Shown here one piece after another: positions 1 to 9,185 of a DNA stretch of 31,981 nucleotides. The DNA comes from a virus. Its lineage: Duplodnaviria; Caudoviricetes. The stretch spans positions 1-31,981 of IMG/VR virus record IMGVR_UViG_3300035396_000361. The stretch is one strand, 5' to 3'. The position numbers were made by a program, and so were the translations under genes. Below the pieces are notes generated by a model. The model made no database searches and was not told the DNA's origin. It saw only the letters and a program-made list of their open reading frames with translations. Position 1 is the stretch's first letter, and the number at the start of each line of letters is the position of its first letter.

Positions 1-28
1 ATAACTTTTTCAATTGGTTTAACTATCC
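1..28. repeat. Terminal direct repeat, left copy (circular assembly overlap)
   Basis: ATAACTTTTTCAATTGGTTTAACTATCC at 1-28 is identical to 31954-31981. Confidence 0.95.
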
Positions 29-154
29 TGATTATAACGTTCCACTTTTTGCTCAAACGCAGTGGTGGTGAAGATTACAGAAGATTTTTTTTTGCATCGT
101 TGATAATCAATTAGTTATACACACAGTAAATCAATCACTTAAATAAATAAAAAA

Positions 155-766
155 ATGACAAAGCAAAAAGCAAAAGAGTTATGTAAAGATATTTTATATT
201 CTTACAAAATAGATTCTAAAATAGAATCCGATGATTTAAAATTTTTACTTAAAATATTCGAACAGCATCAAGACTGGGATATTAAGCAAGGTATCGGTAT
301 AAATTATATCACAGTTAAGAAAGCTGATTTCGGAACAAGATGTTTCTATATTTATAGATTGGATGGAACTTCAACAGATATTTCTTATTTAAAATCAATT
401 ACAAATCCATCTAAAATACAAGTGATATACACAGCTTGTCGAAATTCTATTATAGATTTAATAGATGATTTTAGAAATAGAAATGTAATATTCGGAAAAA
501 GTATTTGTCCATTTACAAATGAAGTATTATATAAACACAATACTCATATTGACCACTATGATTTAAAATTTAAAGATTTAATAGATGAATGGCTAAAAGA
601 TAGAGATATTGATGCCTTATATAAGAATACAAATCCTACAAAAGATAACTCAACATTAACTCTATTTGAATCCGATAAAATAACAAAAGATTTTATTAAA
701 TTTCATAACAATAATACTCATTTAAGATTTGTTAGTCGATTTGCTAATTTAAGTATATTGAGATAA
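155..766 (+). CDS. DCL/DUF3223-like domain protein with a C-terminal His-Me (HNH-like) region
   Basis: RCFYIYRLDGTSTDISYLKSI resembles the DCL/DUF3223 motif CFxxxRxDGxxxDFSYxKC; downstream CPFT...HIDH...H...N pattern. Confidence 0.65.
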   Translation: MTKQKAKELCKDILYSYKIDSKIESDDLKFLLKIFEQHQDWDIKQGIGINYITVKKADFGTRCFYIYRLDGTSTDISYLKSITNPSKIQVIYTACRNSIIDLIDDFRNRNVIFGKSICPFTNEVLYKHNTHIDHYDLKFKDLIDEWLKDRDIDALYKNTNPTKDNSTLTLFESDKITKDFIKFHNNNTHLRFVSRFANLSILR

Positions 767-828
767 AAATAAAAAGTAAAATTCTCGAAATATATAATTA
801 AATAACATAACATAAAAAATTAAACAAA

Positions 829-1134
829 ATGGCAAGTAAACATTTTACAATAGGAAAAAAAGTAATAGAATTTGAAGTTATAAACTTCGGAGAATTATTT
901 GAATTATCAATACGCTCAAATACTAAACAAGACCATCCTGGATTTGAATTAGAACTATCGTTATTCAGATTATCTATTCAATTGCACTTCTATGATATTA
1001 GACATTGGAATTATGAAGAAAATAGATTTTATAAAAATAATGAAGAGATTGAATGTTATGCAAATTTAGAATTAACAAAAGAGGATTTAGATGAAGACCA
1101 TTTAAATTGTAAATGCAATGATATAAAAAAATAA
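829..1134 (+). CDS. Hypothetical phage protein
   Basis: 101-aa ORF with an A-rich leader, co-oriented with neighbours. Confidence 0.7.
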   Translation: MASKHFTIGKKVIEFEVINFGELFELSIRSNTKQDHPGFELELSLFRLSIQLHFYDIRHWNYEENRFYKNNEEIECYANLELTKEDLDEDHLNCKCNDIKK

Positions 1135-1139
1135 AGATA

Positions 1140-1292
1140 ATGAAAGAAACTACAAACACGATAATTATGTTGTATATTGAAGCCCACGCAAATAAAGATA
1201 TTAAAGCAATTAAAGTATATGGAAAATATTTATCATTGAAAGGATTCACAAGACAAGATATTGAAAAAATAAAAGAATCTGTATCTATATGA
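1140..1292 (+). CDS. Small hypothetical protein (50 aa), paralogue of 1628..1819; not in the ORF track
   Basis: Manual translation MKETTNTIIMLYIEAHANKDIKAIKVYGKYLSLKGFTRQDIEKIKESVSI*; ATGA overlap with the 1289 start; aligns with the 1628 ORF. Confidence 0.8.
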   Translation: MKETTNTIIMLYIEAHANKDIKAIKVYGKYLSLKGFTRQDIEKIKESVSI

Positions 1293-1603
1293 AAAAAACA
1301 TTTTACGTAGGTCAATTAGAAGCAATTTCGCAATTTGAGAACTTAGATTTATTAGCACCCGATTTCGATTGTGCAGTGTTGCAATCATTGACGGATAATA
1401 CCATAACAGGCATAGCAAGCAATTTCACAGCAAAAGAAGATAAAGTATATTGTGACATTGCATTTTTGAAAAGACCATTATTTGTTGATGAATTATTAGT
1501 ACAATCTTATATTGAAATTCATTCATCTATATTTCTAATGTTTGAGGCTGATTTAATTTATCACTCATTTAAATCAATTGCAAAAAAATTAAATTTGAAC
1601 TGA
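1289..1603 (+). CDS. Hypothetical phage protein
   Basis: 104-aa ORF translationally coupled (ATGA) to 1140..1292. Confidence 0.7.
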   Translation: MKKTFYVGQLEAISQFENLDLLAPDFDCAVLQSLTDNTITGIASNFTAKEDKVYCDIAFLKRPLFVDELLVQSYIEIHSSIFLMFEADLIYHSFKSIAKKLNLN

Positions 1604-1627
1604 GTATATATAATAAAACCCTATATT

Positions 1628-1819
1628 ATGACAACAGAACTTAAACTTGTAACAGCAATTAAAACTTCAGCAGTAAATGCATTCTTACTTGAAAAATATA
1701 TTCAAGCAGAAAAAGAAGTTGATTTGGAAGGCTTAAAAGTATTCGGAAAGGTTCTACACCAACAAGGATATACTCGTACTGATATTGAAAGAATTAAAAA
1801 TGAATTAAATGAACGATAA
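1628..1819 (+). CDS. Small hypothetical protein, paralogue of 1140..1292
   Basis: YIQAEKEVDLEGLKVFGKVLHQQGYTRTDIERIKNE aligns with YIEAHANKDIKAIKVYGKYLSLKGFTRQDIEKIKES. Confidence 0.8.
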   Translation: MTTELKLVTAIKTSAVNAFLLEKYIQAEKEVDLEGLKVFGKVLHQQGYTRTDIERIKNELNER

Positions 1820-2402
1820 AACTATTTTTGTAGTTGCAGGTGGACCTTCATTAATCGGATTTGATTTCAACCGACTTAAAGGCAAACAGGTAATGGTGAT
1901 TAACAAATCGCTGTTATCTGTTCCATTTGCCGATTATCTTTATTTTTCCGATTATATATTTTATGAGCAATTAATACACCTATTTAAACCGCAATTTGAG
2001 GCGTTTACAGGCACTATCTATACAATTGCACCCAAAGTATCGCATCCGAGAATTATAACGCTTAAAACAACGGGAAAATATGGTATTGATTATACACCGT
2101 TTAACATTAGACACGGAGGAAATAGTTCGTATGCTTGCATTAATCTAATATATCATTTAGGATTTAAACAGATTATATTCCTCGGATTGGATATGAAACT
2201 CGGGACTGATGGAAGGCAACATCATCACGAAGAATATCCTGATATTAAAGTTCCACAACCAAAGAATTTATATCCCAGATTTATGGAGCCATTCCGTGAC
2301 TTAGTTAATTGCAAAAAAGATTTGGGAATTGATATAGTAAATACGAGTTTAAATTCAGCATTACCTTATTTAAGAAAAGACGATATTAGCAATTATTTGT
2401 AA
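1809..2402 (+). CDS. DUF115/MptE/Maf-like (sialyltransferase-fold) transferase
   Basis: N-terminal VVAGGPSL, VIN, GGNSSYACINL and LGFKQIIFLGLDM motifs typical of this Rossmann-like family. Confidence 0.7.
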   Translation: MNDKTIFVVAGGPSLIGFDFNRLKGKQVMVINKSLLSVPFADYLYFSDYIFYEQLIHLFKPQFEAFTGTIYTIAPKVSHPRIITLKTTGKYGIDYTPFNIRHGGNSSYACINLIYHLGFKQIIFLGLDMKLGTDGRQHHHEEYPDIKVPQPKNLYPRFMEPFRDLVNCKKDLGIDIVNTSLNSALPYLRKDDISNYL

Positions 2403-2410
2403 CCTATACT

Positions 2411-2647
2411 ATGAAACATCATAAAGATATAAAACACTTAAATAGTATGAAGCTGAACGATAAAGATAAAACGATTGCCACAGATGATGGTACTTTAGTA
2501 GAATTTAATGACGATTATGTCAAAATCTCAACTGATAAAGAAACAGCACATTTTTCACTGGATAAATTCTGGGATTATGTAGTCAATGTATTGGATTCTT
2601 TCTGGTCATTTAAGAAGAAAGATATTGAGGAATTAAGAAAACGATAA
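2411..2647 (+). CDS. Hypothetical protein
   Basis: 78-aa ORF within the operon. Confidence 0.65.
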   Translation: MKHHKDIKHLNSMKLNDKDKTIATDDGTLVEFNDDYVKISTDKETAHFSLDKFWDYVVNVLDSFWSFKKKDIEELRKR

Positions 2648-2730
2648 TGCTGTTTATGTTAAAAGCATTTGCCGTATTCATTGTTATAATAGTTATTTAC
2701 GGATTTATTAAAATATGCAAAGACGAATGA
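2647..2730 (+). CDS. Putative 27-aa single-TM peptide; not in the ORF track
   Basis: MLFMLKAFAVFIVIIVIYGFIKICKDE*; TAATG overlap upstream and ATGA overlap downstream. Confidence 0.5.
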   Translation: MLFMLKAFAVFIVIIVIYGFIKICKDE

Positions 2731-3038
2731 TGTATTATGTTTATAAAATAGAAATCGATAATATAATCCGATATATAGGATATACAAAGGATATCGACCA
2801 AAGAGAAACACAACATAGAAAAGATTGTTATAATATCAATTCTAAGGCATACAATAAACATTTGTATAGGTGGTATAGGGAACAAAAAGATAATTGCTCA
2901 GAGGGGCTAAAATTAGTGCCTATTGGTGAGTATAAGACTAAAGTTGATGCGAAGCGAGCAGAATGTTTAGAAGTTATTCTTGATTATTTTGGTGAGCATA
3001 ATTTAAAACAGAAAGTACCCAGCATAAGCGATAGGTAA
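2715..3038 (+). CDS. Short GIY-YIG nuclease (true start probably 2727 or 2730)
   Basis: YYVYKI...RYIGYT...R..QH...E motif. Confidence 0.8.
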   Translation: MQRRMMYYVYKIEIDNIIRYIGYTKDIDQRETQHRKDCYNINSKAYNKHLYRWYREQKDNCSEGLKLVPIGEYKTKVDAKRAECLEVILDYFGEHNLKQKVPSISDR

Positions 3039-3067
3039 ATAAACAACAGGCTACCATTTAAATATAT

Positions 3068-3098
3068 TTTGCTGTTTCTCAAATAGTTAGTATATTTG
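3068..3098 (+). promoter_or_regulatory. Bacteroidota housekeeping-sigma promoter (-33 TTTG / -7 TAnnTTTG)
   Basis: TTTG at 3068-3071, 19-nt spacer, TATATTTG at 3091-3098, upstream of the ATG at 3121. Confidence 0.6.
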
Positions 3099-3120
3099 CA
3101 TAAACTAAAAAAAGAAGAAA

Positions 3121-3504
3121 ATGAGAAAATTTATACCGTGGATTTTAACTGGAGCAATGACAATTACAATGTCGATTAGCAGTTATTTTTATTCTGAATC
3201 AAAATCGGAATTAAATGATAAATTAAAAACAGAATATTTTAGAGTAAATGCTTTAAGAAGTATTATTGATTCTAATAAAATTGAATCTCGAAAAAGAGTA
3301 ATTGAATTATCATTTGAAATTGATAGTTTAAAAACAGTTAAAAGCAAAACAGTTTCGGTAGAGTATTCTGTTTCAGTCTCTAAAACAATAGAAGATTATC
3401 ACTCTTTAAATTTTGAAGATTCAAAAGGAGAATCTTATAAAGTAGATTACTTAATTGCAAAAGATAAAAATAATAAAACCGTAAAAATAATTATGCAAAA
3501 ATAA
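3121..3504 (+). CDS. Membrane-anchored or secreted coiled-coil protein
   Basis: Hydrophobic N-terminus MRKFIPWILTGAMTITMSISSYFY followed by a helical segment. Confidence 0.6.
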   Translation: MRKFIPWILTGAMTITMSISSYFYSESKSELNDKLKTEYFRVNALRSIIDSNKIESRKRVIELSFEIDSLKTVKSKTVSVEYSVSVSKTIEDYHSLNFEDSKGESYKVDYLIAKDKNNKTVKIIMQK

Positions 3505-3515
3505 AATAAAATGAT

Positions 3516-3827
3516 ATGGAAGAAATTAAAAAACGTTATTCACAGTTTGTAAACGAATTAAATAAACTGTATGCTACTCTCAAACAGAATCAAGGAGATA
3601 GTGGCTTAGAAGTCCTAAATAGGGTGTTAATCAATAAACGATTAAGAGAAATTGAAGTAGAAATAAATACATTAAGAGATACTGAATTAAGAACAATTAA
3701 AAGTGGAAATTTACCGACTGGATTATTTCAACATTGTTTTAATTGTGAAACTAAGATTGAAGTTGTAGAAAGTCAAACTATTACAGAACCCCAAAAAACA
3801 AAAGGGAGAACGAAAAAAGGAGCTTAA
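3516..3827 (+). CDS. Hypothetical coiled-coil protein with CxxC
   Basis: 103-aa ORF, HCFNC motif, followed by a terminator. Confidence 0.65.
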   Translation: MEEIKKRYSQFVNELNKLYATLKQNQGDSGLEVLNRVLINKRLREIEVEINTLRDTELRTIKSGNLPTGLFQHCFNCETKIEVVESQTITEPQKTKGRTKKGA

Positions 3828-3840
3828 TTGCTCCTTTTTT
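3813..3840. terminator. Bidirectional intrinsic terminator between convergent operons
   Basis: AAAAAAGGAGC-TTAATT-GCTCCTTTTTT perfect inverted repeat with T-tails on both strands. Confidence 0.85.
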
Positions 3841-5380
3841 ATTTTAGTAATACATCTATTTGCTCGGTTACTATTTTTTTTAAATCATTTTTGTTTGTAG
3901 TTAAATCAGTTGTTATAGTTGCTACATCTGTTTGAAATGTTGTCAATCCATTCATTACACCAGTTCCAGTATTAACTCCAGCAGTTGCAAGAATATTTAT
4001 TTTATCCATTAGAGTTTTGATAATTTCGTTTTGTTTAACTATCAATTCATTTTGCTGTGTTAAAATATCCTTTAAGTTTACTTCAGTTGATGTGTTATCA
4101 ATATTATCCGATAATGTTTGCAATTCATTTTTTACCTTTTCTTCTGTTGTAGTCTCTTCTAATACATAAACAAATTTATCTTTATATGCTTGTAAGATTT
4201 TATCTCTTTCTCTAATATATTCCGCTAAGATTAATGGTTTATCTAAGTTCTGAATTAGTTTATTAGCTAAAGGATAATACCAACCAATTATCGGTTTATT
4301 CCAATAAGCAAAATCTAAAAATGCAGAATAATCAAACTGTTTATTTTGAATTGTAGAATTGATAAACATTTTTTCAAATTCCAAAAAGTTATCATATCCT
4401 TTTTTATCTAATTTAGGTAATTTAACATCTAGATAACCTGGTAAAGAATATGTCCAACTTGGGTCTTGCTTAATTAAAGCATTTATTTTATTCGATAAGT
4501 CTTTTATTACAACTCTATAATCAGATTCTTTTAACTCTTTGCTTGCGTTTATACTTAAATATAAGTTACGATATGTTTCATCTAAATCTTTATAATTCGT
4601 TGACGCTAATGCATAGTCTTGCAATGTTAATAAGATAGATTTTTGTCTTTCGTATGGTATCTTTTTATTCCAATCAGGGTCTGTTCTTTCACGATTATTT
4701 TGTGGAACTAATTTTTCAGATAAATTAATAGCATCGTCTTTCATTTGCTTCATATAAAGTAATTGAAGCATTAAATATTCATAATCGGGAAGTGAACCTT
4801 TATCCTTTAAAAATCCATTATTCTGTGTTTCAGTATTTATTACACGATTCTTCTGTTTGGCAATTCTAATTTTGCCAACTGATAATAAATCAATATCTTC
4901 TGAATATTTAACTTGTGAACCATTAATTGTGGTTGCATAAATATCTCTATCACCGCTCAATTCAGTTTCTCCTTTTTCAGTAGTCTTTTGATATTTACTT
5001 AATAGTTCTGTAAATTCAACTCTTAATTTTCCTTCAACAATTGAAAAGTCAACTGTTCCAGTACTTCCTGAAACTGTTAGTTTTGTAATAGCTTCTGTTA
5101 ATAAAATATAGCCATCATTTTTACTTGTAAATCCAACCACAACAAAGCTATTAGATGCAGGTTCGATAAATTTATTTGCCTTAGTAGGACTATACTTAAC
5201 GGCTTTAATGAAATTAGGTTCATAACCATTATGATTAACTTCTATTTTAAACTCAGGTCTATTAACAGGTTCAACTGTACAAGTTTTATTGATATAATCA
5301 ATCTCTCCACGTATGTAGCACAATTCAAGTGTATTGTAGCCTTGTTTCGTTAATTCTTTTAAACTTTCTTTTAGATTCAT
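3839..5380 (-). CDS. Putative baseplate central spike (P2 gpV / Mu gp45-like) with a large internal insertion
   Basis: Directly follows the hub gene; OB-fold-like N-terminus (TCTVEPV...PASNSFVVVG); C-terminal LKDIL...NTGTG...LLK helical tail. Confidence 0.55.
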   Translation of the reverse strand: MNLKESLKELTKQGYNTLELCYIRGEIDYINKTCTVEPVNRPEFKIEVNHNGYEPNFIKAVKYSPTKANKFIEPASNSFVVVGFTSKNDGYILLTEAITKLTVSGSTGTVDFSIVEGKLRVEFTELLSKYQKTTEKGETELSGDRDIYATTINGSQVKYSEDIDLLSVGKIRIAKQKNRVINTETQNNGFLKDKGSLPDYEYLMLQLLYMKQMKDDAINLSEKLVPQNNRERTDPDWNKKIPYERQKSILLTLQDYALASTNYKDLDETYRNLYLSINASKELKESDYRVVIKDLSNKINALIKQDPSWTYSLPGYLDVKLPKLDKKGYDNFLEFEKMFINSTIQNKQFDYSAFLDFAYWNKPIIGWYYPLANKLIQNLDKPLILAEYIRERDKILQAYKDKFVYVLEETTTEEKVKNELQTLSDNIDNTSTEVNLKDILTQQNELIVKQNEIIKTLMDKINILATAGVNTGTGVMNGLTTFQTDVATITTDLTTNKNDLKKIVTEQIDVLLK

Positions 5381-6723
5381 AAGTCTGCTATTTTATTTCC
5401 GAGTTTTATTTCTTGTGATAATCCTGAACTTGCATTCAAACTGATTTGGATTGCATCTATATAATGTTGTTCTCCAACAAATTGAAGACCAGTATCATAC
5501 CAAAAATCAACTGTTTCACCAATATAAATTTGTGGTTTTAAGAATGTCTCAAAACTACCCTCAAATCCAGATATAGGAAAATTATTCCAAGTTGATAATA
5601 CATAATCGACTAATGTTCCACTTAATTTAGGAGAACCGTCTGAATATTTTTCAGTCTTACTTTCAATAACATACATATCAGGAAGATTTAATTCTATCCG
5701 TGTACTTCTATCTTGTATTGCATCGAGTTTTGCATCAGCTTCTTTCTCTGCTTGACTTGGTTTTTCTGTTTTGATTTTCTTAGTAGTTTTATCCTTATTT
5801 TCAAGTGGTTTCTTAATAACAATTTTGCCATCTAATGTACCAATAACAACTGATTCATCTGAATTAGATTGCTTACTTGTACCAATTACAGCCAAATCTT
5901 TTACTTTATTAAACGTATTAAATGTTATATTTTTAGATATAACAGGATATTTCATTTCATTATAAGGATAACTATAAATTGCTTTTGATGTTAAATCTGC
6001 ATTATCTAAGCGATACTTCAACCCCGCATTGAGGTAAGTAATCATCTTATCTGTAATCCATTCTGATGTAAAATAAAGATATAATTTATATTCTTCTTTT
6101 AACATTTCAAATATCTCAGCACCTGTACTTGGGTCATTTACTCTAAACTTGCCTATATCAATATCTTGCACTCTACTTAAATCAATAAAACTTGTGTCAT
6201 ATTGTATGCTATCTGTATTGAATACTATGAATTCTATAACCGTTTTTAGTTTAGTTCGGGTTTTAACAGCACCAGATTCTTGTTCTTTTGTATCATTTAC
6301 AACATCAAATCCCCAACTATTTTTTAATCGAGTATGTTTGAATAACCAATTTGCATCTTCACAGACAATATCTATGGTATCTTCATTATACTCAAAACGA
6401 GATATATAACCGATAAAGTTCTTTTTATCAGATTCTATTTCATTTAGTTGTGTTGCATTTGCATAATAATCAAAAAAGACAGATATTTTATTTCCAACTA
6501 CTATATTAAGTTGTCCATTTGTTGAATCACTCGGACTATTTTGTAATAACATAGGATAACCTAAATTATTCTTACCCAAAACAACATTTTTATTTGGAAT
6601 ATTTATAGTACAAGTTGATGTTAAACTTTCAATATCTGAATTAATTAGAACAGAACTATAATTTTCCAATTCTAAATCAATTTGATTAGTTATTATTATT
6701 TTTGAATAAATATTATATAACAT
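5377..6723 (-). CDS. Baseplate hub (P2 gpD / Mu gp44-like)
   Basis: ESLTSTCTINIP, FIGYISR...IVCEDANWLFK and GFEGSFETFLKP motifs; position downstream of the tape measure gene. Confidence 0.7.
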   Translation of the reverse strand: MLYNIYSKIIITNQIDLELENYSSVLINSDIESLTSTCTINIPNKNVVLGKNNLGYPMLLQNSPSDSTNGQLNIVVGNKISVFFDYYANATQLNEIESDKKNFIGYISRFEYNEDTIDIVCEDANWLFKHTRLKNSWGFDVVNDTKEQESGAVKTRTKLKTVIEFIVFNTDSIQYDTSFIDLSRVQDIDIGKFRVNDPSTGAEIFEMLKEEYKLYLYFTSEWITDKMITYLNAGLKYRLDNADLTSKAIYSYPYNEMKYPVISKNITFNTFNKVKDLAVIGTSKQSNSDESVVIGTLDGKIVIKKPLENKDKTTKKIKTEKPSQAEKEADAKLDAIQDRSTRIELNLPDMYVIESKTEKYSDGSPKLSGTLVDYVLSTWNNFPISGFEGSFETFLKPQIYIGETVDFWYDTGLQFVGEQHYIDAIQISLNASSGLSQEIKLGNKIADL

Positions 6724-6724
6724 T

Positions 6725-7423
6725 TTAAGTAGTTTTTTTAGGTACTAAAATATCTTGATTAACACTATCCGATTTAAATGTTATTGATATATTATTATGA
6801 CTGTAAAATCTTGTATCTTGTCCAATGTTATATCCAGTGCAAACTGCTTTACTGATATTATAATTGATGTTTAATTGTGGATTAATTACATTAATAGATT
6901 CTCCACTATTTAAGATATATGTTAGTAAAGATATGTTTTTATTATTTTGTTGCCAGAAAGTTGGTCCTGATTCAAGAAATGTTAAACTAATATCATAATT
7001 AGAACTTCCAAATGTCTGATAAACTGGACCTTTAGTTCCTTTAACTCTTGTTTCTATTACTGTTGGAGATGCTGATATATCTATCGATATTCCATATAAT
7101 GTTATAGCAGCAAGAGCATTTTTATCTTGTGCTGCTCTATTAGATATATTAAATGGAAAATCTACTTCTACTCTATTTCCTAAAGTTTTATATGAAGTAT
7201 ATTTTGAAATATCGCCAATATATAATATACACCAATTATTTGTAACATTTCCAAATTTATCTAATTTATAATATTTTGGTAGCACCCATTTATAATCTAA
7301 ATCTGTGGCTATTGTTCCATAATAATCTATAGTTGATAATTTGTTAATTATATCGTAATATTTTTTAACAATAAATTGAACAGAATCTTCTGCTCCAGTT
7401 AATAATGTTGGATTTAATTTCAT
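6725..7423 (-). CDS. Tail tube initiator / baseplate-associated protein (DUF6046-like)
   Basis: VIETRVKGTKGPV...NYDISL...FKSD pattern; lies between tape measure and hub. Confidence 0.55.
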   Translation of the reverse strand: MKLNPTLLTGAEDSVQFIVKKYYDIINKLSTIDYYGTIATDLDYKWVLPKYYKLDKFGNVTNNWCILYIGDISKYTSYKTLGNRVEVDFPFNISNRAAQDKNALAAITLYGISIDISASPTVIETRVKGTKGPVYQTFGSSNYDISLTFLESGPTFWQQNNKNISLLTYILNSGESINVINPQLNINYNISKAVCTGYNIGQDTRFYSHNNISITFKSDSVNQDILVPKKTT

Positions 7424-7425
7424 TT

Positions 7426-9012
7426 TTAATATGCTAATTTTGCGTCTGTTATTGCTGCTGTTAAAGCTCTTGTAACCATATCTTTAACTTTTAATGGGTC
7501 TTGATTGGTTTCAATATATTGTTCTCTAACAACATTTTCTATATTAATAACAAGTGATTTAATATCTCTTGTTTCTGCTAAACTTTTTGTTTTATCGGCA
7601 GTTGTTGTGCCACCACCAATGATATTTGTATTCTTTTTTTTCTTTTCTTCATTGTTAATTCTCTTTATCTCATCATTTAAAGCTTTTTCTTTCATATATG
7701 TATCGTCATACATTCCTGCTGCTCTATCTACTCCTGGAATATTTACAAAAGAATATGTATCTTTTCCAACACCACCTGCAGATTTCCCACCAAATTCTTT
7801 TCTAAATCCTCCAACAGTAAAATCTTCTAAGCCTTTCATTCCAGTTGCTTTTCCAAATACTCGAATTAAAGCAAATAATGGCTGGAATGCCAATAGTATT
7901 CCATTCATTATTAAATCTGCCCAAGCAGCTACTTTATTTCCTCCAGAAAATAATTCAGTAAATAATTTCAATGCATTTGTTAATTGGTCAACAATTCCTG
8001 ATAAAACTTTGCTAAAAAAGTTACCTTCTGGACCTCCAGCAAATATTCCTTTAAATGTTTCCCAAGCAGATGTTAATCCCATTGTTGCTTTTGAGATATC
8101 GCCTATTTTATCAGGCATAGTATCCAATTCTGTATTTATTCCTTTCATTGTATCAAAGAATATCATACCTAAATCTTCACCAGGACCTCCAAATAAATCA
8201 GCAACAGCTGTTTTTGCAACATTAGAATTTGCTCCTAATCTTGATATTTCATTTGAAACTATTTTCATTGCTTCAAATTGAGTCATAGAACCACTTTTTA
8301 CTTTCTTAGATAATCCTGCAAATTCTGGACCTAATCCTTTTAAAGCATCTTGCTGTGCCTTAGTCATTTCACTAAACCGAATACCAAATTCCTTAACTGC
8401 ATCTGCTCCTTTTTGTCCAAATCCTTTATTTAATAATTCATCCACTAATGCAGTAGATTCTTTTACATTTAATCCCATATCTTTAAATACAGGTGAAAAC
8501 TCATTAAATACATCTATGAAATCACTTGCTTCGGCAGTCGTTTTAGACAAACCAGTTCTAAGTATTTCTAAACCAGATTTATCTGTTATATTAAATAACG
8601 TAGATAATCTTTCAGTTGTAGATGCTACTTGTTGCAAACTCAAATCAAAACTTCCACTTATAGTTTTAGCATTAATTCTCATTTGCTCATCAACGTTTCC
8701 AAGTGTTTTTTTAAGAGTTGAAAATTCTTTCTCAATCTTAATTCCATTAATAAACAATGCTGTTCCAGCAGCAATCGCAACTCCAGCAGCTATTCCATAA
8801 GGACCAAGTGCAGATGTTGCACCACCAATACTCGAACTAACATCTCCAAAACCATTTGCAATTCCTTGAAATTGAGCAGGTAAGAATGCTGTTAATCCAG
8901 ATAATTTATTTGATAAATTTGCAGTACTTCTTTCAGCATTTTGAATAGCAGAATTAAATCCATTGCTGAAGTTATCCTGAAAACGCCCGATTATATCTAT
9001 ATAATTTGCCAT
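7426..9012 (-). CDS. Tail tape measure protein
   Basis: Ala/Gly-rich helical protein with FNEFSPVF..G, ADAVKEFGIR and ADLFGGPGEDLG motifs; follows the tail chaperone. Confidence 0.9.
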   Translation of the reverse strand: MANYIDIIGRFQDNFSNGFNSAIQNAERSTANLSNKLSGLTAFLPAQFQGIANGFGDVSSSIGGATSALGPYGIAAGVAIAAGTALFINGIKIEKEFSTLKKTLGNVDEQMRINAKTISGSFDLSLQQVASTTERLSTLFNITDKSGLEILRTGLSKTTAEASDFIDVFNEFSPVFKDMGLNVKESTALVDELLNKGFGQKGADAVKEFGIRFSEMTKAQQDALKGLGPEFAGLSKKVKSGSMTQFEAMKIVSNEISRLGANSNVAKTAVADLFGGPGEDLGMIFFDTMKGINTELDTMPDKIGDISKATMGLTSAWETFKGIFAGGPEGNFFSKVLSGIVDQLTNALKLFTELFSGGNKVAAWADLIMNGILLAFQPLFALIRVFGKATGMKGLEDFTVGGFRKEFGGKSAGGVGKDTYSFVNIPGVDRAAGMYDDTYMKEKALNDEIKRINNEEKKKKNTNIIGGGTTTADKTKSLAETRDIKSLVINIENVVREQYIETNQDPLKVKDMVTRALTAAITDAKLAY

Positions 9013-9014
9013 TA

Positions 9015-9185
9015 TTATAATTCTAACTTATTTTGTTTACTTTTAAAGATGAAATCTAAACCGACATAAGCCTCGCAATATTGGTCATCAGTTAGTGTAT
9101 GTGGATTTATATTCATATGATACATAATCAATGCATCCATTTTTAAAAGTTCATTTTCTTCAATAGATTCAGTTAAAGAATCTAT
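9015..9185 (-). CDS. -1 frameshift extension (gpGT-like) of the tail assembly chaperone
   Basis: T TTA AAA AAA AAA TAG slippery run; the -1 frame is open for 56 codons (IDSLTESIEENELLKMDALIMYHMNINPHTLTDDQYCEAYVGLDFIFKSKQNKLEL*) and ends 2 nt before the tape measure ATG. Confidence 0.8.
   Translation of the reverse strand: MDSLTESIEENELLKMDALIMYHMNINPHTLTDDQYCEAYVGLDFIFKSKQNKLEL

Noticed and set aside
1-28. 28-bp repeat as a physical terminal repeat or att core
   Set aside because: More simply a k-mer overlap from circular assembly; no integrase is present
998-1418. Minus-strand ORFs 998..1315 and 1233..1418, and other short antisense ORFs in the track
   Set aside because: They overlap better-supported, translationally coupled genes on the opposite strand
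1289-1819. Genome-wide TGA=Trp recoding (the TGA at 1601 is in frame with ORF 1628 with no intervening stop)
   Set aside because: Genes are intact under the standard code, Trp is encoded by TGG, TGA occurs in ATGA stop-start overlaps, and ORF 1628 has a stand-alone paralogue
7505-8281. 258-aa plus-strand ORF (also 8516..8800)
   Set aside because: Antisense shadow of the tape measure gene with no recognisable motifs
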